A stretch of DNA of 64,000 nucleotides from assembly GCA_002633005.1 (NCBI GenBank), contig NMRA01000160.1, positions 331,640 to 395,639 on the forward strand, read 5' to 3'. Below are positions 13,520 to 26,600 of the stretch, one piece after another (position 1 is the stretch's first letter; each line of letters opens with the position of its first letter). The notes under the pieces were generated by a model. The model was not told the DNA's origin. It ran no database searches and was given only the letters and a program-made list of their open reading frames with translations. Position numbers and translations under genes: made by a program. This DNA is from Phoronis australis. Taxonomy: Eukaryota; Animalia; Phoronida.

Positions 13520-14833
13520 TGCAATGGTCTGGATATGTATGGAGTTATTAACGTCGTAACCTGCCGCGACGAATCTGCAATTTCCATGCGGCACATTGAC
13601 AGTACGCATCGACTTTTAGGAAGATTTTTGTGCTTTTATCGCAAATTTGTTGCAAACACGCTGGAGCAGGGCGCCGTAAATGCTATCATAAGAAATAGCA
13701 ATTACTCGTGGTTTGTTGGGAGTTTTGTGTTTGATATGGGCAGCTGAAGTGAAGCACCCGTGGAATTCCTAATCCCGAGTGTCATATCTTGTAGTATATT
13801 GTAATTTGTATTGGAGGCGATCAGAAGCTGAGAACGTCTGTGGTATAAATAAGGTTTTGCATACTTTTACAGACACTGGCACGGCATTCAAGGTAAACAA
13901 ATATGAAACTTATCAGAAATCTGAATTTCACTGTCAAAATTCTTCACTATTCTGTCGCACACGCTGGTTTCAAACTGTAGAAAATCTCTAAACAACTCAA
14001 GTGTTCTTCAGCGGAATTTTCAAAATGGCAGTTTTTAATGAGAGTCATCTGGTGGAAAGTTTTCTTTAAAAAAGTAAAATAACACCGTAATACATCTGGT
14101 GGCAGTAAAGTTTTCTTTTATGAAAACTGAATATTTTTACTGTCACAAATCTGATGGAAATTTTGTAAAGAAAACTTAAAAGATAAATTAGTAAGTGCTC
14201 TCCTGGGGGCAAGCCTGTAACTGTCCTCATGTGTTCAACTGAAGTCTGTGTGTACCGCTCAAGCATTACAATGCCAGTTTCGGGTGTTTACTGGCGGGGT
14301 GATACGGAAGGGTTCACTCAGGTAGTGTCGTTGGAAGTAAAGCGGTAAGCGGTACACGCGGTAAGAAGCAACAAATAACCAGTACTAGGCCAATACTGTC
14401 ATGTTTACTGGGCAGTTGCCAGTCGAGTACAGCGACGTCTTTCGTGAAAATGGATAGGGAGTGATTCCTATCCTTCCTTGAGCCGGATTATCTGCTCAAC
14501 TGTTTGTGTCGACGTGAGACGAATTGTGTAAGAATAGTCAGATGGCCCATGGTTAGCACCCTTGGTCATTGATACGAGGAGGAAAATGAAATTGGTTTCT
14601 CATCGATAAAAGAGAAACGTGACTTTCGTGCCTTGAAAGTTTTGAGCTGTATTAATTATTAACCGCGACTCCTGCTACAAAAGCCAACCAAATCGCTGTA
14701 TTTCACACAAGTTCGTGTTCTGCCAATCAGTGAATGTTACGTACAATGTGCGAACACCAGTGCACGCTGGTGGATTTTCGTTACATTCGTAATTTAGTGT
14801 TTTGAGGATCAGCAAGGAATTCAGCAACCAACT

Positions 14834-15886
14834 ATGGATTATTCGTCCTTAAGCCAAGTCAATGAATTTACAGCTGAAAATCATTCCAAATACTGGTACG
14901 TTGACAACGATATGCCTTTCGCAATAATGTATGTACACATGATCACTGGTTTTATCATTTCCGTTGTAACGTGCGTTGGAAATGCACTGGTGTGCCTGCT
15001 TTCGTTGAAATACGACTGTATCCGGAAGGAAGATCTCAGTATTGTCGTTCTGGGATTGTCTATAACAGACTTAATGACGGGGATAACCATACCGATAAAT
15101 TCTGTAAGAAAGTATGTGATTCCTTTATTTTGGGAACATTTGCACATGGACCTGTTGAACACCAAAGCTGCATGCTGGACCGCAATGTACGTGGCTGCAT
15201 TTCCGTTAGCCGTGTCTAACTTGATTGTCTGTATACTGTCGGTGGACCGGTTTATCCCCATTCGCTATTCTTTTCAACACCCCGTGTGGATGACTCGCAA
15301 AGTATACAAGACGTTGATCATCGGAACGTATTTCGTATACGTGCCCGTTGCAGGGGCTCTTCTGTGGATAGCCGCAGATGACGATTATGATCCTTCCTTC
15401 ACCGTTTGTGTATTCGAGACTGCATTTAAACCTCACGTTGCTCGCCAAGTTTACGCCTCGCTTACAGTTTACTTACCAAGTTCTGTAACCCTGTCTTCTC
15501 ACGTCTACATAGGCCTAAAAGCGTTCCAGCAACGCAAAAAGATTCACAGCGTTTCCTCTGATCCAATCGATGTGAGAAAAGCATCTCAGTGGAAGATAAC
15601 GAAAAGTATGTTGAAATTTGTGGTGTTGTACGCCATATGCTACCTGCCCATCGTAGTAATGAAGAACGCGATTTCCGAGGGCAGAGACCTACCATGGGAA
15701 ATTCAATCCCTTAAGTTGGTATCGGAACAGTTAATTCTCGTAAATTCGATGATAAACCCTTTCTTTTACGCCTTTTCCCTACAGCAATACAATAAAGGTT
15801 TCCGCAAGTTCTTTCAACAGTGCCGCGAGGAGATACAGGATGACTTTTGTAGCAGAATGCTTACATTAAGAAACCGCGAAAAATAA
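14834..15886 (+). CDS. Intronless class A (rhodopsin-like) 7TM GPCR, orphan
   Basis: 350-aa ORF with 7 hydrophobic segments: TM1 GN, TM2 LSITDL, TM3 Cys and DRF, ECL2 Cys, TM6 CYLP, TM7 NSMINPFFY. N-terminal glycosylation sequon NHS. Confidence 0.93.
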   Translation: MDYSSLSQVNEFTAENHSKYWYVDNDMPFAIMYVHMITGFIISVVTCVGNALVCLLSLKYDCIRKEDLSIVVLGLSITDLMTGITIPINSVRKYVIPLFWEHLHMDLLNTKAACWTAMYVAAFPLAVSNLIVCILSVDRFIPIRYSFQHPVWMTRKVYKTLIIGTYFVYVPVAGALLWIAADDDYDPSFTVCVFETAFKPHVARQVYASLTVYLPSSVTLSSHVYIGLKAFQQRKKIHSVSSDPIDVRKASQWKITKSMLKFVVLYAICYLPIVVMKNAISEGRDLPWEIQSLKLVSEQLILVNSMINPFFYAFSLQQYNKGFRKFFQQCREEIQDDFCSRMLTLRNREK

Positions 15887-17119
15887 ACTTAGTTCGTCTG
15901 TGAATTTTCTTTCTCAAATTTGCCGCGAAGTGAAGATCGTAACTTGAGCATTACATGTAACTTTATATAGTTCAATTAGGAAATGTGTTGCACTTATGGA
16001 GACGAAGGCGCAAAGTAATTGTCAAACTTCATGGAGTTTTCTTAAAAATACAATGCCCACATATTACAGAAAATTTATAGAAGTTTTTATTGTTACACAT
16101 AGCCTTTCTTTAAGCTCGTTATTTATGCCCCAAATGCAAATTGTTTGGAATGGTTTCAGACGATTTCTGTTATGCATTGTGGGAAATATTTGTCGGCCAT
16201 TTTTAGCCTTTCGCATGAAATTTTTTATAATCATTTCATAGTGTATGACTAAGTTAAATTTGTTTTCATTCTAATAACGAAGGCGTTGTTTGTCAAAACG
16301 GAAAACTTGCAACGCTGGGTGAGCCTGATAGCTGTGCTGAACAAAAATCTGTTCCCAGTTTAGTGACTGTAAGAATATATACTTCAAAGACAAATGCGCT
16401 CGCATTTTAGTTATGTATTTAGAAGTTCATGTTTCATGAATTGGTTGTAAATAAATAGTTTGCTTTGCACCTTGCGGTATTGGTTTCACTATGGTCACGA
16501 GGGGGCACTTGTTTCAGTGTTGTTGCCAGGTGGCACAGTGCATAGTTGGGCTTGTAACAAAGAGTAGTGTTATTCAACGAGTTCTGCCAACTGCCACCTT
16601 AGCAATATTGCATAGGGTCTGGGCCTAGCAGAGCACTGGGACCCCTACCAACGCATCTGATTATGGCAATGTAATGTAAATTGTGCCTTATTATTGAACT
16701 CGCGTGAACCCTATACATGCATCTATCGGTAGGCCTACTATCAAATTTAACTAAAAAAATTGCTTGAACGCCATGATAATGCGAGCCTTTCAATACACAA
16801 GTTCACCAAAGAAATGACACTTGGTTGCCTTGCCTACGCATGCAGAAATGGGGTCCCGAGTAGGTTTAACATGAGTGCGTCCCGTAGACGCAATACATCT
16901 GCGAAGCACTTGCGTGAGAAAACTTCGATTAAAGAACGGGGGTGACGTCATCGAAATCGAATCAGGTGTCTTAGACGATTGACCCGGCGGAACCGGCGAT
17001 GTCAATCAAAGGTAGCTACATTACACACTATACAAATTACTGAGATTTGAAGTTGTTTTACACTGGTCTCAGTGGTTTATGAAGTTAAAATAGTTAATAA
17101 CTTATAATCCACAAAAATT

Positions 17120-17144
17120 TGTGTGTGTACGCGTGCGCGCGCGC

Positions 17145-17191
<47 letters not shown>
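17120..17191. repeat. (GT)n/(GC)n microsatellite
   Basis: Directly visible tract. Confidence 0.95.
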
Positions 17192-17193
<2 letters not shown>

Positions 17194-17344
17194 TGTGCTA
17201 ATCATAAGATTCATATCCTGCATTTGATTATGAGGTATCGATTTTAGTAAAATTGTTAACTGTAGTTACTGTAGACAATTATGCCAGAGGATATGTTTCC
17301 ATTCAACAGATAATTCCGAATTTGTTAAATTGGTTAAACATATG

Positions 17345-17860
17345 CGAAGCGGTAAAAACCCAGGTGTAGACTGATTCCCAATAGAATTCTATAAATTTTA
17401 GATGGTCTACAAACTTTTAATGGCAAATTTTCAAAAAGTACTTTAGTAGAAAAATGTTCAACTGGTATTGTATTACCTTTATTTAAAACTGGTGATGCAT
17501 CAGTGCTTGAGAACTACACCGCTCAGTGTTATAATCAGAATTTGTGCTTCAGTCATAAAACCAAAGATTAACATCCTGGGAAATACGAAAAGAAATTAGT
17601 TAGACGAACAAGCTGGTTTCAGAGAAAAGTGTTCAACTATTGATTACATTTGAATTCACTTAGTATAAACAAAACAAAAATCGAAACCATTTAATCGTTA
17701 TATCGCATTCAGCAAGGCTCTTGGTTCGATACAAAGAGATAAATTGTTCTATATTCTAATATCGATAGGTGTAGTTCAACCACTGTTGAGAATTCTGCAG
17801 AGTATGTATTCAAATTTAAATGTTAAAATAAAGATTGAATTAGGAATAACATACAGTATC
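17345..17860 (+). mobile_element. Degenerate LINE reverse transcriptase fragment
   Basis: Pieces SGKNPGVD*FPIEFYK, DEQAGFREKCSTIDYI and IAFSKALGSIQRDKLFYILISIGV..LLRILQSMY, with stops and frameshifts. Confidence 0.7.
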
Positions 17861-19793
17861 AACCTTTTGAGTGAAAGACTAGATTCAGAAAAAGTTGTAT
17901 GGTAACCCCTTTCTTGTCAACTTTGTAGGTAAATGTACTATCGAATTGAAAAATGGCACGGGAGTCATATTCAAGTTGACTCCGCCATTGAACATTTGTT
18001 TTTATTTACTATATGCCTACGATGGTACTCATGGGATTGTTCTAAATATCCCTCGACCCCCACACGCCTCGACCCACAAGCCCCTGAACCCACGACCCAC
18101 GATCCCCTCCACCTACGACTTGTGGTAATAGAGGTATTTTTCCACTTTTTGAAGATTTCATAATCTTTTTACGTCGCTGGGTGACTTTCCTTTGAGTCAT
18201 AACTGCCGTCACGTGGTTCAACAGAGTGTTTGACGATCATTGGCCTCGGAGATTTTTGCGAAATCAAAAGCAAAAGAAAAACCCATTCACATAAGAAAAT
18301 GAAAGATTTTTATGAAAAATCTCCGAACAACTGTTGGAATGTTGTCTGAGATGAAATCTATGTAATTCTCATTTGAACATTTGACATGTAATCATGATTC
18401 ATGCTTTATTGTCGCCGATACCTGCAATAGGGGATCTTTCAACAATGTTCGATACGCGGATGTTTATGTTTGGGGGTGATCTGAGTAGCGCTCGGCAAGG
18501 GAAATTTACGTGCCTTGCTTTTTCGGAATATGCCGCATACTTGGCAGAGAAAGTACCGAACTGCGTGCAGGCTAGGAATATGATGTGTGTGAACTGAGCT
18601 GGTCTGCTCACGAGTAATGAATATTATGTCCATGACTGAGAAGCGAAAACAATAACTTTTTGAACAGTCCTTCGTTCAGTTGCCCAAACTGCTTGTGCCA
18701 GAATATAATATCTGACTAGCTGCATGAAGACTAATCCCAAGATACTAATTGCCAAATGTTAAGAGTCTTCCGATCGCAGCCACGTTTTCTTACTATCAGT
18801 GTCAAATTTGAATCTGTGAGAGGGTTAAGCTTACGTGAGAGAAGAACTGTAAATTTCTCGCCTAAGAGACGCGTAGTACGTACTTTATATCGGACTAAGG
18901 CCAGGGAGGGAAAGAAACGGCTCGAAATAATACACGGGAAGAAGACTCATCCCTCTGTCTCTTTTCGACCAAATACACGGTGTGGATATACTTCAGCACG
19001 CCGAAAAGTGCCAGGTGTTTGATCGCGGAGACTGTCTTCAGATCCGTGAGAGAGGAATAGAGAGCGTGAGAGAAGATTATTTGTACGCTTGAAATCCCAA
19101 GTAATGAACAGGAAAGGAAGTCTGTGTTCTTTGCTTTTTAACATTAATAACCTGTCATTTATTTATATGATCCCTATGGGTGCATTTTTCACAGCAGTTC
19201 TCATTAAATTAAGATTCCATTAAAAAGCGACTCGGATTACATTTTAATATTGAAAAGTTACTCTGGGTCATTTTTTCACAATTGTGAAAAAATGACCCAT
19301 GGGTGACACTTTCAAGTGGTGATAATTTAATGCAATATAGGCGTATACCTGAGGAGAAAGTGCGTACCACCCGAGTGAGCAACACTTCCCCGTATACTCT
19401 TGTATATACTATTTTTGCTCCAAAGGACACGAATTAAATGATAAGTTTGCGCCATCTTACTGGTTTCACTTGAAAAAAAATAAATCGGTCGCTGCGGATT
19501 GACAAGCGTGCAGCCGCCATCTGCCACTAGACCGATAGTCCAGGGACCGGTCTCCAATCTCCGTACTGAGACTCATACTCATACTCGAGATTTCATACTC
19601 AAAATCGTGCTCACTGGAGTCGTACTCATAAAGCGTATATAATCTCGCATTTCGAGTAGACTCCAAACTTACTCAAATCTGAGAATCGTACTGGAGTTGC
19701 TATAGAACTCTTTATGATGTGAAATGCAAAACCACACTCACATTGGCGGTGATTCAGCGCTTCCTATTGGCATAAGCTACTTTGTCATCTACT

Positions 19794-20634
19794 CATAGTG
19801 TACCTAATTATCGGACGGACCCTAAATATCGGACATTACATAAAATATTACTTGAAGCATAACCTGAGAAATATATGACACAAATTTTTGTTCCGCTGTA
19901 ATGCATTCAATGTCAGGCACTGTCTCCTTTTTTCTAGCGTTGCCTCGTTTTGATTTTACCAAGAGAGGGTGCAATTTAGACTCCCAAATCAGCCTAAATG
20001 GACGATCGCATAAATCGGTTATAAAAGTTGAAAACAAAATCTTTTTCCACAATGAAATCATCTAATTGAGCTAACAATATGTCACTGTTTCATTTTTCAT
20101 TTGTTTTTAAACTCAAGTCAAACCCCGCCCGCGCACGTGCGTGTGTCATATCAAGAAGGCAAAGAGATACTAAAAACTTCAATGAGTTTGCACGCGCTTT
20201 AGTCGTCTGCACCTCAGACAGATATCAGAATCTGCACTGATTCATCGAAACGACTTGGTGCTGTCATCAGACTTCATGATGTGGATAAATTTTGTTGCGA
20301 ATGGAGCTGTGTTTTAGCAGCATATGTCAAAGCACTCGAGCTGAAATTTGGCTACAAGGTGCCTGCGGCCATAACTTGCTTAGTCAGTTTTCCGCTGTGT
20401 GGCGTATGGGGAAACATGGTGTCCGATATTCAGGTTCTCCGAAGGTTTGCTAGTTGTGTTTTTTAAAGATCAGTCGGAACATAAATGTGGCTTTCGATGA
20501 CAAAATATAGTAACACAACAATTCTATAAAGGCAAGCCTTTATTTCAGCAAAGAATTTACAACAATCCGTAGTATTTTCAATTAAATTTAACGCAACATG
20601 TGCCAAAACGTCCGATAATTAGGTCACTTGACTG
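19794..20634. mobile_element. Non-autonomous Tc1/mariner-like element, copy 2 (inverted relative to 12707-13519)
   Basis: Reverse-complement similarity over about 810 bp; right end ...cacttgactg|ta. Confidence 0.7.
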
Positions 20635-20671
20635 TACATTGTCGTCTGCTATTGCTACAAGAGTGTATAAC

Positions 20672-23600
20672 ATGGAAAGGTGAGTGATCTGTGTTATTTA
20701 CAATACAAAATTCTTATATAAAAATAGAGACTTCCTGATACATTTGCCAATTAAGCTACTTCTTGTGTTCCTTACCTTCCGAAAATGTCTTAATAAATGT
20801 GAAAAAGCTCATCACATCAAACTCACGACTGGATGAGGAACAGCTACAATCTCGCTCTCAGTTTCTGATTTACTAGTAGTGGTTAGAAGGGGGGCATGTT
20901 CTCCTAAACTTGACACATTTACTCGTAAAATTGGCAAGGTCACACAAAGTATTGCCATGATGGTCCCATAAAATGTCACGGGCCTAACGAAAATATCTCA
21001 AAACCGGTAGTACCCACGGCAAAAATAATTAAAAACGTACCGGGTACGTACGAAATCAAACAAAAAACATTTCATCACCATACTTGGATAAGAATTTCAC
21101 AAAAAATAGGAAATGAACACATGCCAAATTGGGCTATTCGGAAAATTTACATTAACTAGAGAGCGCACGTGTACTAGTGGTGATAGATTAACAGCCTCGA
21201 TTTGGCGAGCCCTTTAAATACATGGTGAAATGGCTTGTAGGCGTGCCAACTGAATCTGAGATTACGTAAAAAGGGTGCTTCTATGAGAGAAAGTAAGCGC
21301 GACCTTATACAAAGGTAAGGCTTGTCATTATTTTAACGATTATTCCATGTTTATTCTACTGATGCCTGTTAACTGAGATACTCGACGATGTCGACTTCGC
21401 GGCAGTCGCCAGTCGGGTTAATCTTTATTTGTTGTGATGCTTGTTACGATACTTGATGTAGCACTCGGGATGTTTTTGTACATCAAAGCAGTATTATTGT
21501 TTGGAATGATTTCTAACAGGCTTATCAGTGACAGTTACATCAATGAATGCTGAATGTTTAACTCGATATTGGTTAGTGAGATTACAATCCAAGCCCAATG
21601 CCATGGCAAAGGGTACGTAAATATCCATTAGACTATTTGTTTACTCCCTATCCTATGTCTTCCGGAAATTTATTACACGTTAAAATGAAAATCTATCATG
21701 TCTGTTTTCACGTGACCTTTGTTTTTTAGGTTTGAGGGCTTGTACCGTGCAGAGGAGATATGCATCGCTTCTGCATCGACCCTGAATGGACAAACATTTG
21801 TTTTAAGCAGTTGAATGCAGCTAACCAGCAAGATCTTCCCATCCAGTGTATGTATGTATTTATCCTTCAAGGATCTAATTGAGGCTGAATGAGGTTACCT
21901 GGAGGAAAGCCACATGCCGAAACTGAACTTTTTTACAAGCGCTTCTATAGGCTATTGAAACTAGATGTCTGTGAAATGAAAACCAAAAGCATTTGGTACA
22001 AACACCTGTCCTTTCTCACTGAGTGATATTAACTTCTCCTTTCAGAAGAAAGGCTTTATACTTATGGTAAAAACTTTTCAATTTGGAGCACATGGGGAAA
22101 TGACATTCAGCGACTGCATCGATTGTCTTATTGTCAGTAGAAAGCCCGTTAATGTTACACTTTGATGTTCGAATAAATTTTTCATCAACAGGCAAGTTTG
22201 TCACTAATTATTAAAACCACATTTCCTCAGTTTTAAAGCCCCATAAATTGCAGTTGTGCTTATTCTTCATAAAGCTGAAATGACTAGCGATTACGCTTGC
22301 TATTTGTCGTTTTCCTATTGACCTCTAGAAATGTGCAGCGATCAAAATGAAGTATTCCCTTTGTTTGCATTTGATTTGTTTGTGTGTGTAATTATTTTTA
22401 GAGCTTTCTTAAGAAGGCCTTTGAACGATTTTAAGTTTTGTGTTAACTTGTCCTCAACAAAAGTTCCACATGCAAGAAAAGCGTGTAAAGAAACAACATT
22501 GTTTAAAACAATTGTAATTTTCCCACGCAATGGAGTCCATAATCAGGCATATCAAGGGCTAAATTTCTGAATTATGTGCAATTCTCTCAGGTTAATGCTG
22601 AAGGATTGCTTTTCACTTTGTCCAAAGGTAAAATCGACGGTCAGGCGGCTGGTTTCAGTCGTTTTCTCTCACCTGTAACAGAATAGTCAGAGAAATATTA
22701 ACAAATTATAGAGAAAACACAAGACAAAACTACTTTAGTAAAGCAGAACATACTTGACGTTTCATCTTCACGTTTATATGTAGAAAATAATAATCTTTGT
22801 ACACAAGTCTTATTTAAGATCTGAATTAAACTATGTGAAACAGGCTAAAAGTAATTTAATAATGTGTATTTTTCACGACACCTAAAATGTGCATCTGACC
22901 TCAACAAGTAAAATTCATTCTAGGTGTCAATTCCAATGCCGTTTACTGAATAGCTTATTCATGTTAATTCAGTAACTAATCTGGTAGTCCTGGGGGTGCA
23001 GGCCGCCATAAAATAAGCAAACTCACTCGTCTAGAGAATTTTATTGGACATAGCATAGCTTTTGAAGAGAAACTGCTGTGAAAAAGTCACCCTTGACTTC
23101 TGAGCGTCACGCACCATACACGTCTTATATTGGGCGCTTTCCCACCCCTGGAGGACAATACGTGAATATGTGCTGCTAGCCTACCCGGCATCCGCGTCCT
23201 GGGTGAGTTTCCGAAAAGAAACACTTAGTTCCATTCAATAAACCCGTTATTCAGTGGGGTAACTGGTGGGGATAACATCACCGAACGATGTCGATAGAAA
23301 CTTGATTGCTAAAAACTTACCAAGTTACGGTATGTAGTCTCCCAAAGGGGCTTCGGCATCCACACACTTTTTGTCAGTTGGTTGACCCTTTTGACCGCAA
23401 TGCTCCACGAATGTAGTAACCTTAGGTTTTTTTGGTAATTTGTGACCACCTGTCGAAGACTTGCACCAAGGAAAATAGCAATAATAAGGCTTTGCGCGAC
23501 GCCGTATTTTGATAACAATCTGTGTTTTTACCAGCTGTTTACATGCAGACAGCGACGCATGCGCACTTCAATCACCACTAGTACAGCAGCGACACCGCGA

Positions 23601-26600
23601 GGAGAATTCTCCGAATAGCCCCATTTCAAGTTTGTACCCCAGCGCGTGCCCGAGACACACAAAAGTGGGTGTCATGATAGATTATAGACAACGTACTATA
23701 GTTTATGGTGTAATGCCCATTTTTGTCCGCGCGAGTGTCATCCAAAAACGTTTGATAGATTGAGGTATTTTTGTTACCTGCATGTGATTGTATTTTTGCT
23801 ACCTGCATGCACAACTCATTGCAACAGGAGAAAACTCTCATTGATTGTTTACTAAGGAGTTGAATAAAGGTTGCCGAGCTTTGTTAGATTAAACTGACTT
23901 TGAAATTTTGCCTAAATATATGTATATGCACATCTTTAAAAATAGTTATAATTTCTGTTTTCGAATGCAGTGGCGGATTTAGAGGTGAACCAAGTGGGCT
24001 ATGACCCCTTTTAAAATTCTCCCAGTTTCCATTTGGAAGTTGGGGGCTCGAACGTTTGACGGGAAAATCCTGGCTAATACTCTGGCCTGACCCCCCAACT
24101 CAAAATCCCGGATGCACCCCTGGAATGTGCGTTTTAAATACCATCTATACTAAATACTGCAAAGTGAGCTAAATATACAATCAGTTACATGTATGTATAA
24201 TTGAATCACATTACAGTAATCGTCAATCCACCAGCGAAGTGATGAAAAAAAGAAAATTATGGAATGGCGAAGAAGAACTTTTGCTTCTAGAAAAAGTGCT
24301 TTCCCACGAAGATTCGTTATTTGGAGATCACAAAGATTGTGGTGCGAAGTCGTCTACTTATAAGAAGCAAAAATCGTGGGAAGAAATCGCAGTGTATATG
24401 AGTAGGTGGGTATTTGTAGAAGGCTGCAAATTTATTCAACAGCTTATGGTATTCTTGTTGCTTTCGTTGTTTAATTCATTGCGCTTTCCAGGAGCGGATC
24501 CAGCATTTTGATTTAGAGTGTACCTGTGTAGGATTTAGCCAGGACTGTGTAGATCTAAGTTTTTATGGCCGCCATTAGTCAGTACACCCCAAAATGCAAG
24601 ATCGTGACCCTTGGTGAAATACATGTAATACTAAAGCGAGAGAAATTTCACGGTTAAAACGATTCATATGAACTTACACACTAATTATATTTTGTGCGAA
24701 AGAAGTTGAACTTACTTTAAACACTTGATGGAACTGTGCTCAACCGTCTTCTTCAGTTGGTCTCCCACTGTCCTTAAGGGTTTCGTCCCTAAACCAAGAC
24801 CATCTCTAGTAGGCGGGACAACAGAGTTGATCAGGCTCTGCCTGGCGGTTGTTGATGGTATTGCTGTTGGTGCTTCATCCATATCCAACAAGATGCCTGT
24901 TCAGCTTCGGTGGCCACATCGCGGAGAAGAACTTTCTTTCCTGTCGCAAAGACGCCCAGAGACCTTGCCATAGCAGTAACCGAGCTGGCCGGAAAACCAC
25001 GGCAACCAACCTCCACGGAAAAACTCCAACACCTCCAACCGTTAACGTGGCAGTCACTCCTCAGATCAGTATATTTCAAGTTCTTCCGCTCGTGTGCCTC
25101 TTCTACCCTACTCTCCCACGGAATGGTGAGCTCGATCAGGATGATCTGGTGGGAACTATCCGAATAAAGAATCAAGTCAGGGCGCTGGGTAGTCTGGACA
25201 ATGTGCTGTGGGAAGGATGACTGGTGACCGGCAAGATCAACCCACAATTTCCAGTCGTTGGCTGTGTGAAGGATGCCTTTCTGCGCTGGTGACTTCTTCT
25301 TACTTGCCTCATCGCCACTTCTTCTGAAACTGATAAATTCGATCCGGTGGCTTCTTGACTTTGGTTTACTCTTGACTTCGTCAACCAACACCCTTGCGAA
25401 AACTTTCAGTACCTGGTTGTGCCGGTAGGTGTACTTTCCTGATGCCNNNNNNNNNNNNNNNNNNNNNNNNNNNNNNNNNNNNNNNNNNNNNNNNNNNNNN
25501 NNNNNNNNNNNNNNNNNNNNNNNNNNNNNNNNNNNNNNNNNNNNNNNNNNNNNNNNNNNNNNNNNNNNNNNNNNNNNNNNNNNNNNNNNNNNNNNNNNNN
25601 NNNNNNNNNNNNNNNNNNNNNNNNNNNNNNNNNNNNNNNNNNNNNNNNNNNNNNNNNNNNNNNNNNNNNNNNNNNNNNNNNNNNNNNNNNNNNNNNNNNN
25701 NNNNNNNNNNNNNNNNNNNNNNNNNNNNNNNNNNNNNNNNNNNNNNNNNNNNNNNNNNNNNNNNNNNNNNNNNNNNNNNNNNNNNNNNNNNNNNNNNNNN
25801 NNNNNNNNNNNNNNNNNNNNNNNNNNNNNNNNNNNNNNNNNNNNNNNNNNNNNNNNNNNNNNNNNNNNNNNNNNNNNNNNNNNNNNNNNNNNNNNNNNNN
25901 NNNNNNNNNNNNNNNNNNNNNNNNNNNNNNNNNNNNNNNNNNNNNNNNNNNNNNNNNNNNNNNNNNNNNNNNNNNNNNNNNNNNNNNNNNNNNNNNNNNN
26001 NNNNNNNNNNNNNNNNNNNNNNNNNNNNNNNNNNNNNNNNNNNNNNNNNNNNNNNNNNNNNNNNNNNNNNNNNNNNNNNNNNNNNNNNNNNNNNNNNNNN
26101 NNNNNNNNNNNNNNNNNNNNNNNNNNNNNNNNNNNNNNNNNNNNNNNNNNNNNNNNNNNNNNNNNNNNNNNNNNNNNNNNNNNNNNNTCTGTTTGGTCCT
26201 CGTGGGTTTGATGTTTCCTTTCTTTTCTCTACTGTTCCAAAGCGGTCCACACTGACTTGGTAAACAATCCTAGTCATAGCCTCAATCTTTGTCTCTGCTG
26301 GACCTCGAAGAGTGACACGTAAGATGCTATCCAGATCATCGTCTAAGGCTGACCACGCCTTCTTATCAGCTGCTGATAGCCACTTGATTCGATCCTTCTT
26401 TGCAGTATCTGGTGGACCTGCTGAACTGGCTGGAACTGGATTCTGAAATACTTCAGCTTCTACTACTAATGCTTTCATCTGTTGCGTAGCTGGGAGGTCT
26501 TCTGCACTGTGGTTTGAGACCTGGCTCAATCCCTCCCCCGTCTCACTGGACGTGGCGCCCAAGCGTTGCCTTGCGACCTGACGTAAGCACTTCATCTTTC

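Noticed and set aside
14881-15695. Antisense and alternate-frame ORFs over the GPCR (and similar ones over the LRR genes)
   Set aside because: These are shadow ORFs with no recognisable motifs.
18340-19195. Possible second solo LTR
   Set aside because: No matching TG..CA ends with a TSD could be fixed.
19568-19700. Short repeated tactc/gagta motifs (also 38150-38390 and 960-1130) as a CRISPR-like array
   Set aside because: Spacing is irregular with no constant repeat-spacer unit; they are explained as Harbinger subterminal repeats.
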